DNA of 39,586 nt from Candidatus Uhrbacteria bacterium (GTDB lineage Bacteria > Patescibacteriota > Patescibacteriia > UBA9934 > GWF2-40-263). Within the stretch, counting starts at the first letter, position 1, and each line of letters begins with the position of its first letter. Position numbers and translations under genes: made by a program. Below are positions 25,004-34,660 of the stretch, piece by piece. The notes beneath the pieces were generated by a model that was not told where the DNA came from, made no database searches, and saw only the letters and a list, made by a program, of their open reading frames with translations. The DNA is taken from assembly GCA_016205995.1 (NCBI GenBank), contig JACQSJ010000024.1, positions 1 to 39,586 of the forward strand, written 5' to 3'.

Positions 25004-26497
25004 TCAAGGGGCCGAAAATTCCTGGAGCAGAGAAAGGTGCTCTTCTACATCGTCACGGCCGATTTGGGCGCCCAACGCACGGATGTGATCTTCAAGTTCG
25101 CGAACGAATTTGTCGTCGTCCAACATGGCCACGCTCATCCCGGGCGCTCCACGATTTTCGAGATCCCACTCCGTTCCCGTCTCTTCTGGCTCCGGCTTCT
25201 TCACCTCCACACTCTTGGTGATCCCCGTACGCTGCCAATAGGCCTTTCGTTGAAACAGATTGTCGCGGGGTCGTAAGAAACGATAGATCCATTTCACAAA
25301 CGCCATGTGCTCCGACGTCAGGCTGTGCTTACTGACAAACGCCTGCTCCACCCTAGGATCGTCCAAATCTTGCGCGTGCAAGTACCTCCCCTCCTCAAGG
25401 AGCGAGATCACTTTCATGAAGTCCTTCTCCTGATCCCTGACGACGATCCCCAAGGCTATTGCCGCCGTGACCATCGCTCCCCAATAGTCGCGCACCCGCA
25501 GGTCGACATCTATCTCGGTCAAGGTCTCAGGGGGTGCATAGGCGATGGTTCCAATAAATGAACGGCTGCCTGTTTGCGTCCGTAAAAGTCCTTCTTTGGC
25601 GGCCGTCCCAAAATCAATCAAACGTGCAAGCCACTCTTCTCCCTCCTGTGCACTCAATATGGTGTTTCCTGGCTTCACATCCCTATGGATCCACCCCACG
25701 GAATGCATCCGACGTAAGGTATGCAAAACCGTCCGCAGCATGACGGCCATGCGGAAGGCGCTTCTAGGATCTGCATCGAACCGATCCTCCGTCCCTTCCA
25801 CGGTTCGCTGCCGCTCGCTGATGTAGCGTTCGACATTTTCCCCGGCGTGCCGTTCCAGCACAAGCGCCGCCCATGTTCCTCCTTGTTCATCCTGGATCAC
25901 CTCAGACCCGACAAAATCCCCCGCGAGCATGGCCGCTCCTACCTCATTCCATAGATGGCCCCGCAACCTCTGATCGTTGAGGACATACATAAACTTCACG
26001 AGTCGCTTGCGTGGCGCGGACGAACCCGCATGGGTGACCTCATAGACTCTCCCAAACCCCCCTCGACCCACCATCTTCCCCACCTCCCAAAGAAGGCCAT
26101 TGCTATAGACGCGCTCTGGAATCGTGGGCGTCATGGATTCCGTTTCCAAAGGAGGGGGCGGGGCGTCCAACCCTCGAGCATGCTTCATGCCCTCCGGCGG
26201 CATGGTGGCCAATTCGTCTTGAAGCGACGCATTAAACTGATATCCCTCAGGGGCCTCGACCGTCTGGCCAAACTCCTGAAGGACGCGCTGAACCCACGCC
26301 TCATCTCCCATCGTCCTGCGTTCTTCGCGCAGACGGTCAGCGGGCGCAGGTGGTGTGGCTTCAACCACAGCCTCGGATGCCCAGTCACCGACAGGAGGAC
26401 GCGTGACCTCGCTCGACTCCAAGGGAGGTGGCGGTGGGACCATACGAGTCCTTTCAGCCGGCCGTTCAAAAAATCCTTTAAACAATTCTCCAAACAT
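25004..26497 (-). CDS. Soluble Hanks-type Ser/Thr protein kinase with Pro-rich N-terminal and unknown C-terminal extensions
   Basis: GRGGFGRVYEV G-loop, HRDVKPGNTIL, DFGTA and APPE. No TM segment seen. 497 aa. Confidence 0.85.
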   Translation of the reverse strand: MFGELFKGFFERPAERTRMVPPPPPLESSEVTRPPVGDWASEAVVEATPPAPADRLREERRTMGDEAWVQRVLQEFGQTVEAPEGYQFNASLQDELATMPPEGMKHARGLDAPPPPLETESMTPTIPERVYSNGLLWEVGKMVGRGGFGRVYEVTHAGSSAPRKRLVKFMYVLNDQRLRGHLWNEVGAAMLAGDFVGSEVIQDEQGGTWAALVLERHAGENVERYISERQRTVEGTEDRFDADPRSAFRMAVMLRTVLHTLRRMHSVGWIHRDVKPGNTILSAQEGEEWLARLIDFGTAAKEGLLRTQTGSRSFIGTIAYAPPETLTEIDVDLRVRDYWGAMVTAAIALGIVVRDQEKDFMKVISLLEEGRYLHAQDLDDPRVEQAFVSKHSLTSEHMAFVKWIYRFLRPRDNLFQRKAYWQRTGITKSVEVKKPEPEETGTEWDLENRGAPGMSVAMLDDDKFVRELEDHIRALGAQIGRDDVEEHLSLLQEFSAP

Positions 26498-26508
26498 AAA
26501 GTCGTCGG

Positions 26509-27783
26509 TTATGTTTCACGATTGTAGGACCACCGCGCCATTGTTGCTAGCGCCAACGCACCTAGGGCCAGTCCCGGCCAGAGGGTCCACAGGTAATGGT
26601 CGAACAGCCCGATCGTGAACAGCAGCACGCCGGCGGTTATGGCAAACAATGTGTCCGCGAGCTCCAGGCGGGCGTGCGCAAACGGGTTCGCAGCAAACGC
26701 GCCATACCCCAGGACCACGATCCCGACGATCCCCAGCTCGGCCAGGATGAGAAGGTACACGTTGTGAATGGGTTGGTACGACCAGACGGGATGGCCGGGG
26801 TCGAGTCGGGCAAGCGTAAACGTGTACGCGTTGGGCCCAACGCCCATAAGGGGGGCTGTCCAAAAGACCTCCCCAAACGTCTGATACTGGCTGGCACGCT
26901 CCTCAATCGAAATGACTTCAAGTCGAGACGACGTGTCGAACCGAGAAAAGACCTGGGAGTGAAAAACGACGAAAGTCGCAAGGATCGAGGCAAGCCCGAG
27001 CGCCATGACGGGAATCGCCCGACGCGGAGGAAGCCGACGCTGCCACAGCATAAGCCCAACAAGCAAGAGGAACGAAACAAACAACCCTAACCAGGCCGAA
27101 CGGGAAAACGTGACGATAAGCGTCGCGCCTAAGAGCCCGGAGGCAAGCAAGGCGCCAGCGAGCTGACTCTTGCTGGACAAAAACCTCGCAAGCCACGCAA
27201 GCGCCACAATGCCAAACGCCACGTATCCGCCAAAGACATTCGGATGTGGGAAAGTGCCATACGCCCGCAGCAACCGCCCATCGCCTGACTCGACAACGGC
27301 CACGCCTGGCGTTCCCGCATCCTTAGCGGCCATGCCCAGAAGACTTGAGTCCGGACTTGAACCGCTGAGCACCTGGAACCATCCAAACAAAACCGGAACG
27401 AGCAGGCCCAACAAAAAGAGACCAAGGATCTGACGCAGGTTTGTCCGGTCGTCGACCAACAGAGAAAACAACATCGCGGCCGCAACGACATGGATAAGAT
27501 GAAACCAGCCGACCCACTCGACCTGGCTGAGACTTAACGAGAAAAATGCCACGGCCAGGAAAAAGTAGAGGGCGCGCGTGATACGGCGAACCTGCAAGTT
27601 GCTCTGCTGCCGGCCGCGCAGAAGGAAGGCAAAGGCAATCATGACCTCCACCACGTAGAGGGAAAGCACTCCGTACGCCGAGGGTTCGCCCGAAACAGTT
27701 GCCTGCGACAACAGCATGGCTGTTTGCCAAGGAAGAAAAAAGACCGAGGCAAGGAAAAGAAGGTTGGCAAACTTCTGAATCAT
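26509..27783 (-). CDS. O-antigen ligase / Wzy-like polytopic membrane protein
   Basis: About 10-12 hydrophobic helices, with the FSRSAWLGL motif typical of the O-antigen ligase (Wzy_C) family. The ATG overlaps the upstream stop (ATGA). Confidence 0.7.
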   Translation of the reverse strand: MIQKFANLLFLASVFFLPWQTAMLLSQATVSGEPSAYGVLSLYVVEVMIAFAFLLRGRQQSNLQVRRITRALYFFLAVAFFSLSLSQVEWVGWFHLIHVVAAAMLFSLLVDDRTNLRQILGLFLLGLLVPVLFGWFQVLSGSSPDSSLLGMAAKDAGTPGVAVVESGDGRLLRAYGTFPHPNVFGGYVAFGIVALAWLARFLSSKSQLAGALLASGLLGATLIVTFSRSAWLGLFVSFLLLVGLMLWQRRLPPRRAIPVMALGLASILATFVVFHSQVFSRFDTSSRLEVISIEERASQYQTFGEVFWTAPLMGVGPNAYTFTLARLDPGHPVWSYQPIHNVYLLILAELGIVGIVVLGYGAFAANPFAHARLELADTLFAITAGVLLFTIGLFDHYLWTLWPGLALGALALATMARWSYNRET

Positions 27784-28745
27784 AGATGGCGCGCAAGGAG
27801 GGACTCGAACTGGTCGCGATACTGTTCCCGCCGGTCGTTATCATGAAACTTAAGGACGTTGTCCGTGACCACCACACGCGAATCCAGGTTGGCGATCTCA
27901 CGCAGGTGCGCAGGGAGACGGTTGCGTTGGATCGATCGAAAGATGGGTTCGGCAAGTCCCCACTGGATGGGGAGGCTGGGGAGCCGTCGAGGCTCGTGGC
28001 GATGATGTCCCGTCCGTGGCTGGGCATTGGGAAGGTTGCGTGCAACCCATCGATTCTCAGTCTGTAAGGTCGTGAGACTTCCGTCGCGGTCGAACACGGG
28101 GACGAGCGATCGAACCCAAAAGGCCATGTAGTAGTCACGCGGGAGGCACAGCTCCTCGAGATTCAATTGCTGCGTTGTCGAGAAGAAACTGAAGCAAAAA
28201 GGATCCAGACCCACTTTGACGCCTCGGCAACCCCCCCTGACCCCCCCTTGGGAAGGGGGGGGATGCACGGGACTGGGTCGACGGCCCAGGAGGAAAAACG
28301 GAAGGACGAGCCAGAACCTCGACGACCAGATGTGGCCGGGACGCGTCACGATATAGAGATCGATATCGCTTTCCTTGGTGGTCGACCACCATGCCAGTGT
28401 GTTGCCAGCCGCGACCGAACGGACGCCTGGCAGCAGAGAAAAATAGACCGCCGCGCGGCGAAGCACACGAAACTTTCGCTCGGCATCGAGGAACCGCTCC
28501 TGCCGACCCAGGACGAGGTTCCCGACCCCCGACCCCTTGAGCGCATAGAAGCCATTGTGCCCCTCGAGCTTCTCTTGCAGCCACGAACTGCGCTCCAAAA
28601 TAGCGTACACCTCTGCAAGCCCATAGGCTCGCTCAGGCATGAGCAACCACTTCCACATCTCAAAGACTGTGAGCGGATAGGAAAATTGGGAAAACCAAAG
28701 AATCGTCCGCATGACTGATTGTTCCAGGTCCGTCCGCGCTCCCAT
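27780..28745 (-). CDS. Hypothetical protein, possible nucleotidyltransferase fold
   Basis: ORF 27780..28856 trimmed to the ATG at 28745, because the first 37 codons overlap yidC and its terminator (28712 is an alternative start). The GN...SDIDLYIV pattern resembles a minimal NTase G-x/DxD motif. It contains the C8/G7/G7 tract cluster. Confidence 0.6.
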   Translation of the reverse strand: MGARTDLEQSVMRTILWFSQFSYPLTVFEMWKWLLMPERAYGLAEVYAILERSSWLQEKLEGHNGFYALKGSGVGNLVLGRQERFLDAERKFRVLRRAAVYFSLLPGVRSVAAGNTLAWWSTTKESDIDLYIVTRPGHIWSSRFWLVLPFFLLGRRPSPVHPPPSQGGVRGGCRGVKVGLDPFCFSFFSTTQQLNLEELCLPRDYYMAFWVRSLVPVFDRDGSLTTLQTENRWVARNLPNAQPRTGHHRHEPRRLPSLPIQWGLAEPIFRSIQRNRLPAHLREIANLDSRVVVTDNVLKFHDNDRREQYRDQFESLLARHL

Positions 28746-28789
28746 ATAGGGGCATCTTAGCAGCCCTGCTCTGTTTGTGGCTGTGGATG

Positions 28790-28818
28790 AAAAACGACCC
28801 CCATGAGGAGGTCGTTTT
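28790..28818 (-). terminator. Intrinsic terminator after yidC
   Basis: Minus strand: AAAACGACCTCC-tcat-GGGGGTCGTTTT followed by a further T. Confidence 0.6.
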
Positions 28819-29553
28819 CTATTCTGTTTTTGGATTCCGAATCTTGGAGAAGACAAACTGTTGCTGCAGGATCGAAACGATATTGACCGTGACCCAGTAG
28901 AGGGTAAGACCCGCGGGGAGGGTGGCTCCGATCACGACCGTAATCACGGGCATGAACATGAGCATGGACTTGTTCATGGAGGCCAGCATGGTCTCGTCCA
29001 GGGCTCCCTTTTTTCCTGCGACCGGCTTGGGGGGGCGCTTGGTGATGAGCATCCGCGTTTGCATGAACTGAAAGTAGCCAGCCAGGATGGCAAGGTAGAG
29101 ACTCGCGGTCGAGAGGTTAATCACGCCAAGGAATACATGACCGATCTCCCCGGGGTTGGTCACGAACGGATACAGCTCTGCGAGTGTCTCTGGTCCAAAC
29201 CCGGCCAGAAGCACGCGGTAGAGGGCGATCAAGATCGGCAGCTGGATCAAGAGCGGAAGACACGACGCGAGGGGGTTCACTTTCTCCTTCTGGTAGAGCT
29301 CCATCATGGCCTTGGCAAGGCCCTCGCGGTCGTCGCCATGTTTGCTTTTGAGCTCTTCGATTTTCGGCTGCAGCTCCTGCATGGCTTTTTGCGAGCGCAG
29401 GGACTGGCTCATAAACGGCCAGAGGATGAGCTTGATGAGGATGGTGAGCGCGATGATGGCAAACCCAATGTCCGCTCCTGGCAAGACGTTATACAGGAAA
29501 ACCAAGAGGTTAAAGATGGGGACTGAAAGGACGTTGTGGAAAAATTCACCCAT
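28819..29553 (-). CDS. yidC: Membrane protein insertase YidC (short form)
   Basis: 244 aa. LILWPFMSQSLRSQKAMQELQPKIEELK, then conserved PLASCLPLLIQLPILIALY. Confidence 0.9.
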   Translation of the reverse strand: MGEFFHNVLSVPIFNLLVFLYNVLPGADIGFAIIALTILIKLILWPFMSQSLRSQKAMQELQPKIEELKSKHGDDREGLAKAMMELYQKEKVNPLASCLPLLIQLPILIALYRVLLAGFGPETLAELYPFVTNPGEIGHVFLGVINLSTASLYLAILAGYFQFMQTRMLITKRPPKPVAGKKGALDETMLASMNKSMLMFMPVITVVIGATLPAGLTLYWVTVNIVSILQQQFVFSKIRNPKTE

Positions 29554-29555
29554 AC

Positions 29556-30812
29556 TTACTCTGTTTCTTTAGCTTCTTCACTTGGAGATCCCTCGACCCC
29601 GACCGAAGCGTCGGGGCTCGGGATGACAAGGGGTTCTTCCACCTTCTCCTCGTCTCCCGAGATATTGATCTTCCACCCCGTCAGCTTTGCAGCGAGACGG
29701 ACGTTCTGCCCACCCTTGCCGATCGCGAGCGAAAGCTGATCCTCTTTCACTTTGACGAAGGCTCCTCTCTCATCTTCCTTGAGTTCAAGGCTGGTAATCT
29801 TGGCGGGCGAAAGGGCATTCTGGATAAAAACCTTGGGGTCCTCACTCCATTCTACGATGTCGATTTTTTCCCCGCCCAGTTCTGCGATGATCGTCTGGAT
29901 GCGTGTGCCGCGCTGGCCGATGCAGGCGCCAATGGGATCAATGGAATTCTCCGAGGTCGTGACCGCCACCTTGGAGCGAGAGCCGGCCTCGCGGGCGATG
30001 CCCTTGATCTCGACAGACCCTTCCGACACTTCCGGGATTTCAAACTCAAAGAGGGTGCGGACCATTTCCTCGCTCGTGCGCGAGACAAGGATTTCTGGGC
30101 CCTTGGTCGTGAGCCCGACCTGGCGGACAAATACCTTGATGCGATCGCCTGGATTGTAGCGCTCCGACGGGATCTGGTCCTCTGAACGCATGACACCAGT
30201 CGTGCGACCGAGGTCCACCAGGACGATGCGGCCTTCGCGACGCTGCACGGTTCCATTCATGATCGTCCCCTCGTGCTCCTTGAACTCGCTGAAGATCACC
30301 TCGCGCTCGGCCTCGCGCAACTTCTGCGTGATGACTTGCTTGGCCGTCATGGCGGCCATGCGCCCGAACTCCCCTGGGGTTGGCATTTCCGTGCGGATGA
30401 CGTCGCCGATCTTGGCGCCCATCTTCAGGACTTGGGCTTCGGACACCATGATGTCGGTCTTGGGATTGAAGCGTGGACCCAAATCGTCCTCGACCGAAAT
30501 CGCCGGGATTTCTTCCCCCTTCTTGCGCGCCTCTTCAAACTTCTGGGCAAGCTCCTCTGCGCGCACCTTGCGCTCCTCCTCGAGTTTCTCGAGCTCTTCC
30601 AAATCCATATCCTCCACCACCGTCTTCACGTCAAACACACGGGACTGGGCAGTGGCGGGATCGAACTCGACTTCGATGTTGCTGTTCTTGTCTCCGAAAT
30701 CCTTTCGGTAGGCCGCGGCAAGCGCAGACTGAACCGCGTCAATGACGGATTCATAGGCGAGACCTTTTTCTTCACAGATTTGTCGGATCGCTTGTTCAAT
30801 GGGAGATGCCAT
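29556..30812 (-). CDS. nusA: Transcription termination/antitermination factor NusA
   Basis: 418 aa. N-terminal NusA domain (IEQAIRQICEEKGL), S1 (GTIMNGTVQRREGRIVLVDLG) and two KH modules (IGACIGQRGTRIQ, LAIGKGGQNVRLA). Confidence 0.93.
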   Translation of the reverse strand: MASPIEQAIRQICEEKGLAYESVIDAVQSALAAAYRKDFGDKNSNIEVEFDPATAQSRVFDVKTVVEDMDLEELEKLEEERKVRAEELAQKFEEARKKGEEIPAISVEDDLGPRFNPKTDIMVSEAQVLKMGAKIGDVIRTEMPTPGEFGRMAAMTAKQVITQKLREAEREVIFSEFKEHEGTIMNGTVQRREGRIVLVDLGRTTGVMRSEDQIPSERYNPGDRIKVFVRQVGLTTKGPEILVSRTSEEMVRTLFEFEIPEVSEGSVEIKGIAREAGSRSKVAVTTSENSIDPIGACIGQRGTRIQTIIAELGGEKIDIVEWSEDPKVFIQNALSPAKITSLELKEDERGAFVKVKEDQLSLAIGKGGQNVRLAAKLTGWKINISGDEEKVEEPLVIPSPDASVGVEGSPSEEAKETE

Positions 30813-30866
30813 AGGTTTGCTGTTAACAAATGAACCCGTCTATCGACAGGTTCAGGTAGCCTCAGG

Positions 30867-31238
30867 CTACCAAAGGGCCTCGGGGATGTCAATGTTTTTA
30901 ATGTGGGTAATCGTGGGTGGTTCATGGTGAAACTCGATCGCAACCACGTCCACACGCCAAGGCGACTCTGTTTGCTTGCTCTCCTGCAGATATCCTTCTG
31001 CCACGCGCAGAATGTGTCGAATCTTTTGCGGCGTAACCGAATCTTCCGGATACCCAAACGTCGACGTGTGCCGCGACTTCACCTCAACAAAAACGACCTC
31101 TTCGCCGTCCTGGCAGATGAGGTCGATTTCCCCAAATGATTTTTTGTACTGAGACTCCAGAACCGTGAGCCCCTGCGACTGTAAAAACTCCGCCGCTAAT
31201 TCCTCTCCTCTATTCCCGAACTGCCTCCGTGGATCCAT
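30867..31238 (-). CDS. yraN: YraN-family (UPF0102) endonuclease-like protein
   Basis: 123 aa. GNRGEELAAEFL...GEIDLI...VVFVEVKSR is a PD-(D/E)xK-like pattern. Confidence 0.8.
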   Translation of the reverse strand: MDPRRQFGNRGEELAAEFLQSQGLTVLESQYKKSFGEIDLICQDGEEVVFVEVKSRHTSTFGYPEDSVTPQKIRHILRVAEGYLQESKQTESPWRVDVVAIEFHHEPPTITHIKNIDIPEALW

Positions 31239-31239
31239 A

Positions 31240-31650
31240 CTACCCTCGATGCTGACGAGGAAGATACTTCCCCTGCTCCCGCAAACTCTCCTCCCGCGCG
31301 CGCTTGGCCGGGACGTCGCGCTTCACATACCGAACCAGGAAGAACGTCCATATCGCCGCCGCAATCACCCAGGTGGGATACCAAAAGCGAGCGCCGAAAA
31401 GCTGGATCCGCTCGAAGCTAAAAAAGAACAGGATGACACCGAGGACCCCCATCGTGACAAGCAGTGTCGAGATACGGCTGCCGATCTCCCGCTTGTATCG
31501 ATCCCCTCCCCGACGGTCGACCACGATCCGGCCGATGATCCCCAAGATGAGAACCACAACGAAAACCCCGAAGACGACGTTTCCCAGGAGTCCTCCTACC
31601 TCAGGAGGTTGCATGGTGAGCCAGTATGTTGGCTGAAAGAATGACGACAT
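31240..31650 (-). CDS. Hypothetical membrane protein
   Basis: 136 aa, with three to four hydrophobic helices and a basic C-terminal tail. The stop is 1 nt from the yraN start. Confidence 0.6.
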   Translation of the reverse strand: MSSFFQPTYWLTMQPPEVGGLLGNVVFGVFVVVLILGIIGRIVVDRRGGDRYKREIGSRISTLLVTMGVLGVILFFFSFERIQLFGARFWYPTWVIAAAIWTFFLVRYVKRDVPAKRAREESLREQGKYLPRQHRG

Positions 31651-31684
31651 AGTGGTTGGAGCCTAACAAACAAGGAATCTGTAA

Positions 31685-31942
31685 TCAAGAACGTGTGTGG
31701 GTAAGCAGCCCGGCCAGATCCTCAAGGATCCCCGAGATCACGTTCGTGGCGACAAAAATCCCGATAAATGTGATGACGATCCCTAAGAGCTTGTAAAAAA
31801 ACCGCGAGCCTCCTGGACCAAACTTCGCTTCCGCAAAGGGAACCTGGCCAAACCAAGATAAGACAACATCAGTCTTTTTCACCATCAAGAACCCGACCAC
31901 CATGATCGCCAGGCCAAGAGGAATACGGATGAGGGGGGACAT
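31685..31942 (-). CDS. Hypothetical small membrane protein
   Basis: 85 aa with two hydrophobic helices. Confidence 0.5.
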   Translation of the reverse strand: MSPLIRIPLGLAIMVVGFLMVKKTDVVLSWFGQVPFAEAKFGPGGSRFFYKLLGIVITFIGIFVATNVISGILEDLAGLLTHTRS

Positions 31943-32102
31943 AGTGCTTCCAGTTTATCACAAACGCCTTGCGAGGAGAGAAAAAAATGGTTAGGATTCT
32001 CGAGCTCGGCTTCGGGTGCTTAGCGGCCCCCTCGTTCCTCGGGGGAGCTAAGCACGCCTCACTCGGAAATGCCCAACCGTTGGTTGGCCATTTCACTCAT
32101 TC

Positions 32103-32179
<77 letters not shown>

Positions 32180-32214
32180 AAAAACCACCCTTCGACAAAC
32201 AGGGCGGTTTTTTG
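32180..32214. terminator. Bidirectional terminator between tRNA-Val and the convergent membrane protein gene
   Basis: AAAACCACCC-loop-GGGCGGTTTT, flanked by an A-run and a T-run. Confidence 0.6.
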
Positions 32215-32219
32215 TTCGG

Positions 32220-34022
32220 TCACTCTTTCAGGGTCAGGAAGAACATGGCAAAGAAATAGTCGAGCAGTACCCGGTCGCCTTCCCTCATCCCCTGCAACGA
32301 TTGAATAACCATTTTTGCCGCAAACCGATCCGTGTCCACGACAATGCTGACGTCCTCGAGCTGCGGGAAATGGAACGAGGTATTCGTAAGCGCTTCGTCG
32401 ATGAGATCCCCAAGCGGGATGTAACCCAACGGCTCTCCATCAAGCCGCAAGTCAATGCGCTGCTCCGGACTATTCAAAGCGATCCCAAGCTTCTTGCCGC
32501 CGACCGAAACGGAATCGGACATGAAGTCGCCATAGGAGAAGACATAGTCATACACATCGACAGGAATGGCCTGTGTTGGGTCGTTGAAAGAAACAGAGAA
32601 TGGGACCCGTGAATCCCCCGAGTCCTCTGTTGACGGACTTGATTGATACGCCAGATACTTCAAACCAAAACCCTCCTTCATCACAAACTCCGCCTTTCTC
32701 CACCGATCAACCTCTGCAAGGTCGAGTTCCTTATCGAGCCATGGCTGTACGACGCCGAGCGCCTCGCGCTCCTCGAGGAAGTTCAGAATCTGCCTCATCT
32801 CGAACAACTCTTCCCCAGGCACTTCTTCGTCTGCCGAGACATAGCGCCCATCTTGGAACCGACCATTGGCTTCCAGCAAACTTGCGAGCCGGTTGACCTG
32901 GGAGTGGATGGCCACCGAGAACGCCCCCCACGGACCAATCGAGCCGAGAATTGCCAGTACGAACAAGCTCACCGGGATGACGCGGATGTCCTTGAGGCGG
33001 CTGATGAGCAAGTACAGGCTCACCCCCAGGAGCCACAGGCCGTACACATACACCAGGTACCGATTTTCCGTGAGGCCGTACTCGGAAACACGAAACCACA
33101 ATGACCACAGGAGCATGAACCCTTGCGGGATCATCGCCACGCACAGAGCCGTGCCGGCCACGCGAACCCAGGCCTTCTCTTTACGCAACGGGTATAGGGC
33201 GAGATAGGTCACAAGGCCCACGACCGAGAATCCAAGAACGATGTACGCAAGCTGGCCAGAGGGCCATTCTCCGGTCAGGAGAATCTTCGCGGTATAGAGA
33301 TAGAGGATGAGGAAGTAGACAGTCACGAGGGGAACGAGCAGAAACGTGGAGAAGAGCCGGACTTCCTTGGGATAGCTCAAGTCCGCATGCAGTTCGGCCG
33401 GTTGTCGCGGGACACGGCTGAGGAAAAAGGTCGTGCAGAACAGGCCGGCGATGATCACCCACAGTTCCGCGTACCGCTCGTCTGGGATGGTGAGGTTGAA
33501 AAGGAAGTCCATTGCGGAAAGCGCGGCCATCAACCCAAGCTGAAGGGCGACGGCCCAAATGCCAGTCAGGATGGTGACCACGACTAAGCGCCGACAAAAC
33601 TCCCAAAATCGGGCAACGGCAGAATCTCCCGCGTGACGGACAAACGGGGTGAACGTGACGGCAAAGACAAAGGCAAACGTCCACATCACTTGTCGGACAA
33701 CAGGCTGCATCTGCAGCTGCGCCGATTCCGGCAACAAAAAGTAGTACCCCACCATGAAAGCCGCAAGAATCGCGTTGAGGATCCAGATCCTGGCCAGGCT
33801 CCATCCCATTCCTTCGACAAACAAGACAAGGGCAACAGAGATGGGAGCGGCAAGAGATAAGACCATCAATATGTTGGTCCACGGTATGGGTGTATCGACG
33901 TGAATGAGGACGATCCCCACTATCGTCCCCGCAAGGGAAATGAGGAGTGGGAACGGGAAGCGCCGGACAACCGATTGGAGCACTCCAAGAAATGCGGCAA
34001 CAGAAAAACGTTTGGTAGACAT
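32220..34022 (-). CDS. Large polytopic membrane protein with a soluble C-terminal domain (family not recognised)
   Basis: 600 aa. About 10 or more hydrophobic helices in the first roughly 400 aa, then a hydrophilic C-terminal domain. Confidence 0.7.
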   Translation of the reverse strand: MSTKRFSVAAFLGVLQSVVRRFPFPLLISLAGTIVGIVLIHVDTPIPWTNILMVLSLAAPISVALVLFVEGMGWSLARIWILNAILAAFMVGYYFLLPESAQLQMQPVVRQVMWTFAFVFAVTFTPFVRHAGDSAVARFWEFCRRLVVVTILTGIWAVALQLGLMAALSAMDFLFNLTIPDERYAELWVIIAGLFCTTFFLSRVPRQPAELHADLSYPKEVRLFSTFLLVPLVTVYFLILYLYTAKILLTGEWPSGQLAYIVLGFSVVGLVTYLALYPLRKEKAWVRVAGTALCVAMIPQGFMLLWSLWFRVSEYGLTENRYLVYVYGLWLLGVSLYLLISRLKDIRVIPVSLFVLAILGSIGPWGAFSVAIHSQVNRLASLLEANGRFQDGRYVSADEEVPGEELFEMRQILNFLEEREALGVVQPWLDKELDLAEVDRWRKAEFVMKEGFGLKYLAYQSSPSTEDSGDSRVPFSVSFNDPTQAIPVDVYDYVFSYGDFMSDSVSVGGKKLGIALNSPEQRIDLRLDGEPLGYIPLGDLIDEALTNTSFHFPQLEDVSIVVDTDRFAAKMVIQSLQGMREGDRVLLDYFFAMFFLTLKE

Positions 34023-34170
34023 ACATGTTCAGGGTACCTCCTATGGGAGAAAGAAAAAAGCGCCCTTGGTCGGACGCATGCGTGGTTCAAGGAATGAACC
34101 CTTGCTTGCTTCGCCTCGCTCGACAATGCACGAGCTAACGCTAGTGCATTGCGCTCGCTTCGTCTTGCAA

Positions 34171-34560
34171 TCAGAGCCTGTCGTTGTGAAAGTCGGGATC
34201 GCGTGCAACAAGCTCGATGACGTTGTCAGCCGGGTCGTGATGGAACACGCTCGTGAGGCCATGACCCCAGTGCGTGTCCGAACGGAACTGCCGGTGAGAG
34301 CGAGCATCCGGCAGACTCGCGGGGCTGATCGACAGGCCCACGTGCGGACGTGCGCCCCCCAGGAAGAACGAGAGGATGAGGTGTCCATCCTCGACCTGCA
34401 GACGAGGCCCCACGCCGATGTAGTCGTACCTGGGATCCGTCACCTCATGCACGCTCACGCGGCATCCGAGGCTCTCGTAGTACTTCCGGAGCTTGCCCCA
34501 GTCGCTTTGCTTGGACGGGAGACCGACGTGGTGCACACCCAACACATGAATGCCTGACAT
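34171..34560 (-). CDS. VOC (glyoxalase / bleomycin-resistance / dioxygenase) family protein
   Basis: 129 aa. HHVGL near the N-terminus and FHHDPADNVIELV near the C-terminus are typical of the paired beta-alpha-beta-beta-beta fold. Confidence 0.75.
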   Translation of the reverse strand: MSGIHVLGVHHVGLPSKQSDWGKLRKYYESLGCRVSVHEVTDPRYDYIGVGPRLQVEDGHLILSFFLGGARPHVGLSISPASLPDARSHRQFRSDTHWGHGLTSVFHHDPADNVIELVARDPDFHNDRL

Positions 34561-34629
34561 GCTGCCCTCCAGATGAAGCTCCCCGCAGGATAATCACATC
34601 GCCGCGAAAGGTCAAGACCTTCCTCATAC

Positions 34630-34657
34630 AAAAAGCTCCCGACCAATGTCGGAAGCT
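34630..34657 (-). terminator. Intrinsic terminator after tRNA-Leu
   Basis: Minus strand: AGCTTCCGAC-attg-GTCGGGAGCT followed by TTTT. Confidence 0.6.
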
Positions 34658-34660
34658 TAT

